Shown here: positions 1-11,830 of the stretch, one piece after another
Layout of the letters: every line of letters begins with the position of its first letter
Numbering within the stretch: position 1 is the stretch's first letter
NCBI RefSeq assembly: GCF_009914755.1
Contig: NC_060928.1
DNA from: the human T2T-CHM13v2.0 reference genome, Homo sapiens
Direction: 5' to 3' (one strand)
DNA: 64,000 bases
The notes under the pieces: model-generated
Told to the model about the DNA's origin: nothing
The model's database searches: none
What the model saw: the letters and a program-made list of their open reading frames with translations, nothing else
Program-made: the position numbers and the translations under genes

Positions 1-223
1 TGCGATCACCATCTCCCAGGTTCAAACGATTCCCCCATCTCAGCCTCCTGAGTAGCTGGGATTACAGGCACTTGCCATCATGCCCGGCTAATTTTTGTAT
101 TTTAGTAGAGATGGGGTTTCACCGTGTTGGACAGGCTGGTCTTGAACTCCTGACCTCAGGTGATCCGCCAGCCTCAGCCTCCCAAAGTGCTAGGATTACA
201 GGTGTGAGCCACCACGTCCAGCC
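1..223 (-). mobile_element. AluS (Sx-like), partial at window edge
   Basis: Antisense Alu: ...CCTGACCTCAGGTGATCCGCC...CCCAAAGTGCTAGGATTACAGGTGTGAGCCACC. Confidence 0.95.
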
Positions 224-474
224 ATGTATTGACTATTGATACTACAATGGGATAAGTACTTACCACAGTACATGTATCTGGTTATTGCACTCAAAAAATC
301 TTACCTGTCTACCCTTGAAAGTTTGTTACAGAAAACCAAGACCGTATTTCTCTGGGAAATACTTCTTTGGGAGATTGAAGATCACACTGCCAATTCAAAG
401 GGTTTTTGAGGTCCCTTGAGAATCAAAGCCTGAGCTTGGGTCCTCAAGCACTTCACACATCTAAGAATCAAGAA

Positions 475-663
475 CAATGATTCTCCAATTTTAGCATGCA
501 TCAGAGTCTCCTGGAGAACATGGTAAAAGAGCATGCTGGGCCTCACCCCCTAGAGTATCCCGTTCAGTAGGTCTTGGGTGGAGTCTAAGAATTTGCATTT
601 CTAACAAGTTCCCAGGTTGATGTGGATGGGGCTGGTCTGGGGACTACACTTTGAGAACCATTG
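475..663. mobile_element. MER5A-like hAT-Charlie DNA transposon relic
   Basis: Characteristic TTCAGTAGGTCTTGGGTGG...AATTTGCATTTCTAACAAGTTCCCAGG...ACACTTTGAGAACCATTG. Confidence 0.85.
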
Positions 664-1084
664 CCCTAGAGTATAGCAAACAAAATAATTGCCCTTAAGT
701 TGCTCGTTTGCAGAGTTTAAGTTATCACTGGCACCTTCTGCTGGGAGTCAGGGAGAAGCAGGAGTTAATAGAAGAAAGCAAGTGTCTTGTAGTGAAAAAA
801 AAAAGCGGGGGGCTTTCACAGTCACATAATCATTGGCATAAGGGGACTGGCTAGCTGAACTCGAAGTTGAGGACTTCCCTCTCTCTTTCTTTACACAGCC
901 CTCAGACTATATGTTGATTTTTTTAAATGACTCCTTGATTCTTTCCCCGAATCAGTATTTGGGAAGTACTTTACCATTTTCAGCCTCTTAAAGTACCTAT
1001 TATTTTATTATATTTTAAGGCACTAATTAACTTTGAATTATTTGGAGAAGTTGAGAACTGATGAACTTCATTCCTTCAGTTACG

Positions 1085-1250
1085 TTTTTTTTTTTTTTTT
1101 TTTTACAAAAAAAAGTAGGTTTTTTCTTTTGTAGGGACAGGGATCTTGCTATGTTGACCAGGCTGGTCTAAAACTCCTGGGCTCAAGCAATCCTGCTGCC
1201 TTGCCCTCCCAAAATGCTGGAATTCCAGGCATGAGCCACCACATCCTGTC
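1085..1250 (-). mobile_element. Alu monomer (FLAM/AluJ left arm) with T tract
   Basis: CAGGCTGGTCTAAAACTCCTGGGCTCAAGCAATCC...AGGCATGAGCCACC, single arm only. Confidence 0.85.
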
Positions 1251-1479
1251 AGCTCAATTACCTTTCCGGACAGTTCACTGTGGTCAAGTTCAGATCACTT
1301 TTCTCCCTCTGTCCTGAGTATGTCATAAAGATGGGCTCATTACTCTTGAGGTAGATTTTAACTAATGCTCCTTTTTCAGTTTTCACCTTATCAAAAGGGA
1401 GGCTTAGATCAATTAGATGTGATACTCTTTTAACAAAGCCAGTGGCCATTCCTAGCTTGTTTTCTTAATTTAATAACAC

Positions 1480-1630
1480 ATTTTTAAATTGTGGTAAAAT
1501 ACACAAAACATGAAGTTTACCACCTTTACCATTTTTAGGTGTACCGTTCGGTGGTATTAAGTACATTCATATTGCTGTGCAACCATTACCACCATCCAAT
1601 TCAGAACTCCTTTCATCTTGCAAACAGAAC
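1480..1630 (-). mobile_element. Old L1 (L1MB-like) 3' end fragment
   Basis: TTTTTAAATTGTGGTAAAATACAC...ATTAAGTACATTCATATTGCTGTGCAACCATTACCACC is a typical antisense L1M 3' terminus. Confidence 0.75.
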
Positions 1631-1876
1631 ATTCCTAGGATTTGACCAACTGTTGTGTGAGAGGATTTCCATATTTTTTCTCAGGTACCCAAGCCTCTGT
1701 TTACTTCTATAACAATTTTATCCCTTTATTAGGAAACAATGTTGACATCGTAGGATTTTACTTCTTTGAGAAGTTGAAAAATGAAATTCAATCAAGATAA
1801 ATAAAATTTGTTTTTATACAGGCAGACCTGATGAATAATCAAAGAAATTCAACAGAAATAAAATAAAGCTTCATTC

Positions 1877-2025
1877 CTAGTGTTTCTTAAAATCAAACTT
1901 GAAGTAAGCAGCATTTAAAAAGGAATGCCCAATATTTCGCTTGTGAGGAAAGTCGGTATTATAATTAGTAGTAATCTCTGATTGGAACATTATCCAGAGA
2001 TAATCCATACATTGTGGAAACAGTT
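1877..2025 (-). other. Candidate terminal exon (ORF part) of an unidentified minus-strand transcript
   Basis: Acceptor TTATCTTTCTTTCAG|AACTG at 2026/2025; open frame to TAG at 1877; minus-strand AATAAA at 1725-1730. Confidence 0.3.
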
Positions 2026-2106
2026 CTGAAAGAAAGATAAACATCATTAACAGTTTTTGAAAGGAAGGCTTACTTGGAAAAAAATCAGATTTCTTTAACG
2101 TGATAG

Positions 2107-2114
2107 TGACGTCA
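2107..2114. promoter_or_regulatory. Full palindromic CRE motif TGACGTCA
   Basis: Exact CREB/ATF consensus with intact CpG in unique sequence; function not shown. Confidence 0.3.
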
Positions 2115-2407
2115 TAGAAAGCTAATTGTAACAAATCAAGTAGCCCATTGAATTTTATTTTTTGCAATTGTAAAAGTCACTTAGAGTTTTTGATGGCTTC
2201 TTTACAAATATTGTTATATTCATATTTAATTACAAATATTAAGCATAAAATATCTCATACGTTTATAAATGTTTTGTAAAATTACAATGTTTCAAGCACA
2301 CAAAAAAATTGAAAAACCCACAGGCTCCAAAGTAGTCACCACCCTCATATTACCAGTTGTGAACATTTTGTCATATTTGCTATGGAAGTATAAAAACGCA
2401 TAAAAGT

Positions 2408-2657
2408 GGCCAGGTGCAGTGGCTCACGCCTGTAATCCCAGCACTTTGGGAGGCCGAGGCAGGCAGATCACCTGAGGTCGGGAGTTCGAGACCAGCCTAA
2501 CCAACATGGAGAAACCCAGTCTCTACTAAAAATACAAAATTAGCATGGCGGGGTGGCGCATGCCTGTAATCCCAGCTACTCAGTTGCGGTGAACCTAGAT
2601 CGAGCCATTGAACTCTAGCCTGGGCAACAAGAGCGAAACTCCTTTTAAAAAAAAAAA
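2408..2657 (+). mobile_element. AluSp-like with internal right-arm deletion
   Basis: GTCGGGAGTTCGAG/CATGGAGAAACC/GCAACAAGAGCGAAACT diagnostics; TSD AAAAACGC(A/G)TAAAAGTG at 2392-2408 and 2653-2669; CAGCTACTCA joins directly to GTTGCGGTGA. Confidence 0.92.
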
Positions 2658-3300
2658 CGCGTAAAAGTGATACGTTCCCATTTCTTGGTGGGGGCTACTG
2701 TTGGAGAGGGAGGGAGCAAAAACTACAGCGGGTTAGGGCTTTCATCACCTAGGAGTTTATATCCTTTGTTATAAGCCCTGAGTATTGCAGTCACTCCTTG
2801 CCCCAGATCTTGAGAAGAGGGAATCTCTTCTCAATATATCCAAAATGTGGCATGACTCCAGGCATTCAGGTCCAAACAACACTCAGATGGGGACTGCTAC
2901 ATAATCCAGCTCATGGTTTCAGATGAGGGGAGGAATTTAAAAAGCAACTGTTCCCTGTGAGAACAGCAATGAAGATGACCTTAGGGCAAGGAGAACTGCC
3001 TACCTAGGGGAATACAGATTCTTAGAGCAAGTCAAATTCAGTGCATTCCAATGACACTCTTTTTGGATCACTTTCCAATCTTCTTTCTTCTTAATTGACT
3101 CATCTTTTAGTCAACCAGTGGCAGAGATAATGTAGATCATTGCATGCTGATCTGAAGTTATTAGCAGAACTATTCTGGTCAGCCCAAATTGTATGAATTG
3201 CTAAGTCATTTGACTGTCATCCTAGAAAAAAGTATTCAGTCCAGACTGGACAAGCCTTAGGAATTCAGTGAGTTTAACAACTCACTTTATTTGGCAATAA

Positions 3301-3650
<350 letters not shown>

Positions 3651-3837
3651 TAACCTAGAAATAATACTGAAGTGTTTCATATATACTGATGTATTAGGTA
3701 TGGATAAAGCTCCTGTGAAAAGAGACTCTCCAAAAACTACAGAGGCTCAAATAGGAAAAGTTGAATTCTATACCACATAAAGTTGAGATAAATGAATGTG
3801 GGCCAGAGTGGGTAGGTGTTTCTGCTACATGAGGTCG

Positions 3838-4050
3838 TTCTCTTGTCTTTTCTTTTCTTTCTTTCTTTCCTTCCCTCCCTCCCTCCCTCTCTCTTTCTTT
3901 CTCTTTCTTTCATTCTTTCTTTCTTTTTCTCCTCTTTCTTTCTTTTTCTTTCTTTCTCTTCTCTCCTTCCTTCCTTCCTCCCTCCCTCCATCCCTCCTTC
4001 TCTCCTCTCCTCTCCTCTTCTCTTTTCGTTTCTTTGGTTTTCTTTTTTTC
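3838..4050. repeat. (TTTC)n/(CCTT)n/(CCCT)n polypyrimidine low-complexity tract
   Basis: ~210 bp almost purely C/T on the + strand. Confidence 0.95.
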
Positions 4051-5404
4051 ACTCCTTGCAGAACTCAGTCTAATACATGAGGTCTTTAGGAAGCCAGGTT
4101 CCTTGTTGCTCCCCAGTTTCATAGAGTAATGACTTTATCTGTATGGTGGAGGCTGCCTTGCCAGCTCCATGGCCATAATTTTCTATTAAAAAGCAAAAAC
4201 CTTGACTTGGTAATTTGCATTCGTTAGTTTTGCTTACATAGCATTAGCCAGAGCAAACCTCAAGGAAGGTTGATTTGGCCATGTTCCCTAATAAAACTAG
4301 AGTTCTACTATAAAAAGAAAAAGGCAAGCATAAATACAGGAGGGCAATTAATGGCTTTTGCCATAAGTGCTGACCAGCTCTACTGGGCAGATAGGTTTGA
4401 ACCATGGCATAAGATCTAATGTTATCGCTAAGGAGAGGTGTAAGAAATGATGAGTGGAGGGCGGGATGCATTCAGGGACTTCAGTGCAGACACTGGGATC
4501 TGGATTTACAATCTCCAAATCAAGGGAGGCCATCATTTGCAATAAACAGAGGTAGTGGAATCAGGTAGCTAAATATTCTGGTGAAGATGAGCTGATCTTT
4601 CATTGAGCCACATGTTAAGTTTGCAGGACAGGCTAGATTCAATTAATGGTTTTCTAAAGTGAGAAGAAACATACCCGATTCAAACCAGTCTCAAAAAATA
4701 ATCAGTGAAAGATAACAAGAATTTCAGCTATATGAGATTAATCAGCAGGGTTTGAAATGCAAGTAATACTATTCCATAAAGAGCCAAAAAAAAACCCCAC
4801 AGATTTTAATCTACACTTGTCACAGGGAGAAAGCAAGTATTTGGGCCTCTGACTGAGTGTATGTTAGCACAGGGGAGAGTGTGCAGGAGGTTACAGTTTC
4901 CTTTAGTGTGCCTGCTGCAACACCATCGCACAAGGTTAGGGGTGGGCTGATGTACAATTGGTCAGTACTAGAACAGCCAGACTCTGTGCTTACAGCCAGT
5001 GTCCATTCTCATTGGCTGACACCCATACCTGGCCAGTCAGTGCCACCATACATGGTATTAAACATTGTCAACCTTACCCCAGCTTCCATGGGCTGTTCAG
5101 AATGTTCTTGAGAGATGTCTGGACCACAAGTGGCCAAGGAAAGAGTCCTAAGAAAAAAACTAGTAGTTTCTTTCCAAGATGCAAAAACTTGACCATTGGA
5201 ATGGATACAAAGGAGAAGGAAAGAGACAACACCCAGATTTATTTGTCAGCCCCTGTTTGAGAGAAGTGTGAAAGGTCTGCAGAAAGCATACCCCATTCTG
5301 CTATTTTGGGTTTATATGCTATCCGGGATTTACTGGCCTTCCTGCAATTTTGGTGAATAATTCCAGATTTCCCATACATTCCAAATGCAGTATGTCTACT
5401 TTAC

Positions 5405-5491
5405 TTGCAGAGTGCCAAACACTGATATAGGTTACAAAGGAAGTTATGAACTTCCTACTCTGGAGGAATTTAAAAGTAGGGTTTTCTTTGC
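5405..5491 (-). other. Candidate internal exon (87 nt)
   Basis: Acceptor CTTCTCCTTGCCATTCCAG|GC; weak-moderate donor GCAA|GTAAAG; open frame GKENPTFKFLQSRKFITSFVTYISVWHSA. Confidence 0.25.
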
Positions 5492-5744
5492 CTGGAATGG
5501 CAAGGAGAAGAATGTGTAAGAAGAGTGATGGAGTAAGGTGTCTATCCATTTGGTTTAGCTTTTTAAATAATTACTTTGCACAGAAGAAATGAGATCAGGA
5601 AGAAAGAAAGGGCCAATATAGCCGATAAATTGGCGGGTAGTAAAGTACATTGGAACTTGGACATTTTTTGAAAAGTTGCCTCTGTGTCATATACCAGGTA
5701 TCAGATAAAAGAAGAAACCCAGCAATGTTTGTCTTTTATAGTGG

Positions 5745-5975
5745 AAGTAAAGTATGAAGGTTAAAAGCATAGACCCTGGAGCCAGACTTGGCCTGGGTTT
5801 GGATCCCAGTTCTGCCACTGAGTAGCTGTGTGACTATGGGTCAATTACTTAAACCTTGTGCCTCAACCTCATCATCTGCAAAATCAGATAACACAGTTTA
5901 CCTCATAAGGTTATTATGGAGATTAACAACCTATATAATGGCTGGCTTATAGTAAACAGTGTTAGCTATGATATT
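5745..5975 (+). mobile_element. MIR SINE
   Basis: CTGGAGCCAGAC...CTGGGTTTGGATCCCAGTTCTGCCACT...AGCTGTGTGAC...ACTTAAACC core. Confidence 0.85.
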
Positions 5976-6315
5976 TTAAATATACTGTTAGTCCTAAACC
6001 ATTTGCTCCTACAGCAGTACACTTTCCTATTCTCCGTTCACTTGGCATCTGACCTTATCAATAATTTCTCCTATTTTTTTTTTTTTTGTATTTTCTTTGT
6101 TGGGTTATTTGGTATTCTGGGCTATCTGCCTGGCTTCCTCTCACTAATATTCAGGCATATCCTCTTCTGATGTCTCAACCCACCCATTGCAAAACATGCT
6201 CCTCTTATGGCACAGTTTTATTCCCTCAGTGTTCCATAAAATGAACTTGACTTCAACTTTTAGATAATATATATAGGGTTCTTTTGCTATTTGAAGAAGT
6301 AAACTCTTAGATGGT

Positions 6316-6743
6316 GTGAAACAGACAGTGCTATGGGTTCACCAAATTTGACTTCATTTTCCTCTTTTTGGACACACAGGATGGCTACATGTTTCACCGT
6401 TGCTTGCATTTAGGTTGTGTCCAAATGATTGAGTGTAGATCCTGTTGTTTTGGTGGAAGCGATGTGTTCTACTTCCTGGACTGGTCATAACCCGCCCCCA
6501 CCCCGAATGATTGTCCAAGCTGTTTTCCCTTGTCATGAATGCCTGGGAGGCCTCACGTTTAGGATGGTAGCATCACAGTCTGAAATGGGATTGCACTCCT
6601 GCATCACCTCTTGGAGAAAAGCTACCAAAGACAGTTGCCTGCATTGCACTGGACTGGGATATGAGTCAGAAATAAATCTTTACTGTGTGCACCCCATGAG
6701 ACATTGGGGTTTATATGTTAATGCATTGCCCTGATTAATTTAC
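6316..6743 (+). mobile_element. Old MaLR LTR (MLT1J/I-like)
   Basis: TG...CA ends, GGAAGCGATGTGTTCTACTTCCTGG and GAAATAAATCTTTACTGTGT...GGGGTTTATATGTT motifs. Confidence 0.65.
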
Positions 6744-7479
6744 ATGGTACAGAATAAGAAAATGGGGACAGAATGTAAGTCTATAGTGAGAGTATTATAG
6801 TGAAGTTCGAATGTATTTCTACTAGGAAACTATTACTGAACACATTATGGAGTGTCAAGTAGCTGAGCAGCGTGTCGTAGAGAAAAGAATATGGACTGTA
6901 GAATCCCACAGAACCAGATTCAAATTCTGTTCCAAACATGTGTAAGCTTTGACTTTCATATGTTCTGCCTCTAGAATCCAAATAATAATTTCTAATAGTA
7001 TTATTGGATAAGTCAACTAAGACCCATTAGGTAAACTCTTCTATCTCCGTGCACTTCCCAGTACCCCAATATTTCTAATCCAGTGTTTAATTTCCAATCC
7101 AGATTCTACATTCTCAACTACTTTTTAGAAATTTTACTTCATAGGAGCATGGAACTAAAGTCTTGAAAACAAAGGGTAGTAATTTGGTCCAGAAAAAGTA
7201 CCCATATCCTTAATATGTGCCCAAATGAAAGAAAATCATTATAAAATTTTATGTGTCGAAAACAGTACTTAGTAGAGAACAATTTTCCCTTTATTTAGTG
7301 CATTATTCAGAAAGTTCCCGTTAAAAAGCCTATGCCATGCACCACAGCACAATTTTGAAAATATTGTATTTAATTAAAATGGGAATTTCTGAAATGATTA
7401 CTATAGCATTTATCTTTCAAAACCTCACATACAGTTTTTGACCTATAAAATATTTATGAGTTAATTTGCCTTTTCCCCA

Positions 7480-7645
7480 TGTTATGGCACACAAGAGCAG
7501 CTGAGACCCTGAAATTTCCTTTAACACAAGCTGCCTTTCTTTTAAAAAGTTGTGGTTTTAAGCAGCATATTTCCTCAGTACATATAGAATAAACTTCTCA
7601 GTTTTACTTACCCTGCCAGGAAGAGAAAGAGAGAAAGAGAAGAAT
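7480..7645 (-). repeat. Left arm of ~170-bp inverted duplication (partner 8794-8963)
   Basis: Reverse complement aligns to 8794-8963, including exact TTTCTCTCTTTCTCTTCCTGGCAG and TGAGGAAATATGCT...TTAAAACCACAA. Confidence 0.9.
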
Positions 7646-7651
7646 CATGAC
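7612..7651 (-). other. Candidate 40-nt exon
   Basis: TTACAG|GTCATG...TGGCAGG|GTAAGTA; consensus donor; reads VMILLFLSFSSWQ. Confidence 0.35.
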
Positions 7652-8793
7652 CTGTAATATCATCTCAGCAATAAGAATAATCTCGATTTTAAATTATTGA
7701 GGGTGGGCCACTGGCAGAAACTGTGCCAACAAAGTTAGAGATACCTAGCGACCACTAAATTGTCAACCTTGCTGTTATACACTCACACACAGTCACTTTC
7801 ACCACAGTATAAACACAGACTTCAAAGGCACACCTGCAAAAGCTGCCATTGTCACTTGCTGTTTAATATTTAAACAAAGTATTTAGAATTTATGGGATAT
7901 ACTTGGTAGCTTTTTAAATTAAAAAACCAAGTTAACATATATATTACTTAGTAAATTAACAGATAAATGTGCTTAGCTGCTAACATTTCACATTAGGCAA
8001 ATAGAGAAAGAGAATTAACAATTCAACAGGTATTGCATTGTAAGTTTACAGACCTTGATTCTACACTGCACAGTAATATTTTTGAAAGATCAATACTGCA
8101 ACCAACTAAGCTCTCTGTGGCACAGCTTTCCTTTTATAAAATTAGCAAACTTTTCAATTATCAAATAGATGTCCCTAAAAATTGATAAAGTAGCAATGTG
8201 ATCTCTCAGTCCTCTTTACCTTTCTGATGCTTGCTCACCATTCCTTCTTTTCTCTTTCTTATCATCATCCCAGCCTGTAGTATCCCTCAAGGCTCTATCT
8301 CAATACCTCTACTTCTCTGCTACTCCCTCAGACCCTCTTCCCTGGTAATGTGGACTTGCATTTTACATAGAGTTTGGCCCTAAAATCATTAAGTGAGGTG
8401 AACATTCATATAAATTCAGAAATACCCTGGGGAAAAAAATCCCTTCATTCACTCTTAAAGTATAACATACATGGCTGTTTTTATGCGTCGTGTTTGAGGC
8501 TTCTATACCATCCAACTCAGCCAGTTTTTCCTCCAGCATTGGAACAGATTGCTGTTTTCTCAGCTAAACACCTGATAAACTAGTTGGCTTGCATTTGGGG
8601 GCCATGTTGCACAAGGAAAAAAATTTATCTTTAAACACTTGAATCACACTCAACATGGTGAGATGCTCATACTATGAGAGCAATTCAGGAACTGAGACCA
8701 ACTGAAGGAACATCAGATTCACATCTCCCTTCTCGCGCTCCTCTGGGGCATATGCTTTAGGGAACGTGGGACAGAATCACCCACACTATTTAC

Positions 8794-8963
8794 ATTCTCC
8801 TATTTCTCTCTTTCTCTTCCTGGCAGAGTTAGTATAATTGAGTATGGATGAGAACTTTATTCTATACGTATTGAGGAAATATGCTATTTAAAACCACAAT
8901 TTAGAAGGGCAGCTCATGTAAAAGGAAGCTTTGAGGTCTCAGGTGCCTTTGTGTGCTGTAACA
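8794..8963 (+). repeat. Right arm of inverted duplication (partner 7480-7645)
   Basis: Roughly 80% identity by eye, with a few indels. Confidence 0.9.
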
Positions 8964-9077
8964 GAAATTTCCTTTGATAGAATGGAGGGGACACTTCATA
9001 GGTGGAAAACATACAAAGATGAAGAAGACTGCATATCTGGGAGTATGGAGAATGGAGAGAACTGATTTGCTGTATAT

Positions 9078-9325
9078 CATGGTTTTGCAGTCTTGGCTCT
9101 ATTGACATTTTGGATTGGATAGTCCCTTATTGTGGCTGGCTGTCCTGTGCATCCTGTGCATTGTAGGATGTTAAGCAGCATCCCCAGCTTCAACTCACTA
9201 GATGCTTGTAGTAATCTCACCAAAGTTACGGCAGTCAAAAATGTCTCCGGACATTGCCGAATCACCCTTTGTCAGTGTGTGTGTTGGGGGCAGAGGGAGG
9301 TATCACCCATGATTGAAAAACACTG
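9078..9325. mobile_element. MER20 hAT relic
   Basis: CTATTGACATTTTGG...GGCTGTCCTGTGCAT...TTGTAGGATGTTAAGCAGCATCCC...AAAAATGTCTCCGGACATTGCC. Confidence 0.85.
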
Positions 9326-9507
9326 CTCATTATAATAGAGTGAAGAGTTTGAAAGTTTTCAGGGGAAATTCTAAATGGGAGACATGAAAAGAGGATATGG
9401 AGATGGAGCTGGAGTTGGAGCAAGACTGGGCACTATGTTAGGTGAAGGGGCCTTGGAAAATCCTTTAGTCATGGGATGGTTGGAGGCTTATGTAATATAT
9501 ATGTCTA

Positions 9508-9833
9508 GGCTGGGTGCAGTGGCTCACTCTTGTAATCCCAACACTTTGGGAGGCCAAGGTGGGCAGATCACTTGAGGCCAGGAATTCAAGACTAGCCTGG
9601 GCAACATGGCAAAACCTCGTCTCTACTAAAAATACAAAAATTAGCCAGGTGTGGTGGTGCATGTCTGTAGTCCCAGCTACTAGGGAGGCTGAGGCATGAG
9701 AATGGCTTGAACTGGGAGGTGGAAGTTGCCATGAGCCGAGATGGCACCACTGCACTCCAGCCTGGGTGACAGCGAGACTCTGTATAATAAAAAAGAAAAG
9801 AAGAAAGGAAAAAAGAAAAATATATATATATAC
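9508..9833 (+). mobile_element. Alu (Jb/Sz-like)
   Basis: Full dimer; perfect 14-bp TSD AATATATATGTCTA at 9494-9507 and 9834-9847. Confidence 0.95.
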
Positions 9834-10214
9834 AATATATATGTCTAAAATCCCATTTGAAGCAGTTTCCTCTTATATGAGCCACCTTCCATTTCTCAAA
9901 CCTCCAGTCAAGTCTATTGTAAATACTAACATCATATGAGAGCAATTAACCTATGGCTATCAAGGAGGAGAATGAGTCCCCTATCTGGGCTGACATGATG
10001 TGGAACAGGGACCCACATGGACAGTTTACTTAATTCAGATGAAATGGCATCTTGGACCCAACTACAACCAACAAGGATGACATAAAAGCCTTTGACTTTC
10101 CATGAGGCATGGATTATGGGTTTGAACGCTCTTATCTGGATCTTTGAGGTGTGGAGGCTTCTCAGTGACACCATGAGTGGTTTCATGACTCCATGACTTG
10201 TGGCTTCCATAGGC

Positions 10215-10537
10215 CAGGGGTCCCCAGGGGACTGGTACCAGTCCATGGCCTGTTAGGAACCAGGCCACACAGCAGGAGGTAGGCAGCGGGGGAGCCAGCA
10301 TTACTGTCTGAGCTCCACCTCCTGCCAGATCACCTGTGGCATGAGATTCTCACAGGAGCATGAACCCTATTGTGAACTGCACATGCGACGGATCCAGGTT
10401 GCTTTCTTCTTATGAGAATCTACCTAATGCCTGATAATCTGAGGTGGAAGAGTTTTATCCCGAAACCATCCCACCACCCCGGAAAAATTGTCTTCAATGA
10501 AACCAGTCTCTGGTGCCAAAAAGGTTGGGGACCACTG
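10215..10537. mobile_element. MER1B hAT-Charlie element
   Basis: TIRs CAGGGGTCCCC...GGGGACCACTG; 8-bp TSD CCATAGGC / CCATAGAC. Confidence 0.9.
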
Positions 10538-11423
10538 CCATAGACCATACAGAGCCACCACCAACCTCTGCAAGGGTTAATGTGGGAGGAAAAGAAGATG
10601 TTCTTCTCCTCTACCCATATCTCTCATGGGATTAGGATTGGAATTTCTTCCAGAAATGGGAGGTGATCCCTTCTCATTGTGAGGATGATCTTTACCTTGT
10701 AAGGTGAATCTGCCCCAAGACACTGCTAATTTTCCTGCTCCTCACCCTCAAAATATTGCAGTCTCTTTGACTTCAGCTTAGTTCTTCCTCTATTACCTTA
10801 TAAACATTGTCCCATAAAGTTGTGTATAAAAAATTTAGAACTGTCCCTTTGTCACGTCGCCTGGCCACAGGTATGGCAGGGTTCCACTTCTCTTGGCCCA
10901 CTCCTCTTTTAGTCCCAGATTCATCCTGTCAAATATGAACTGTTTCCTGAACACATTCTGCTCTTGAGCACTCCCACGCTATTGGCTCAAGCTGCCCCTC
11001 TGTATAGAAAGCCTTTCTTTGCCATATCTTCAGGTCTTAATTTGATCTATTCTATTCTACTTTAAAATATTGGTCCAATGATACTATTTTTTTTAGTAAG
11101 GTAAACTCTGAACTCACAGAATTTTATTTATGCCTCCTTAATGGCATTATCATTTTTCTCCATTGTAATAGCTATTTGTGTACATAGTGTACAGAAATAG
11201 CTCCTAGACTCAGAGCTGTTTGAAAACAAGAACTATGTCTTAACATAATAATTGGTTCATAACAGCTGTTATGTAGTTGATTTTAATATTTTTCCCTTTT
11301 TCTCAAAAAGAATTTAAGGTGGCTTAAAAGAAGGCACAAAATGTTGGGTAATGACTTAAATTAGAAAAAAAGTGAGGAAAAAATAAGAAAGATGTAATAG
11401 AAACTTAAGAATAGTAGGTTGTC

Positions 11424-11830
<407 letters not shown>

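Noticed and set aside
1258-1449. 63-aa ORF starting MATGFVK
   Set aside because: Resemblance to a ribosomal protein N-terminus ends after a few residues; overlaps MIR-like sequence.
3737-4122. Overlapping K/E/R-rich and F/S/L-rich ORFs
   Set aside because: Translations of a low-complexity purine/pyrimidine tract.
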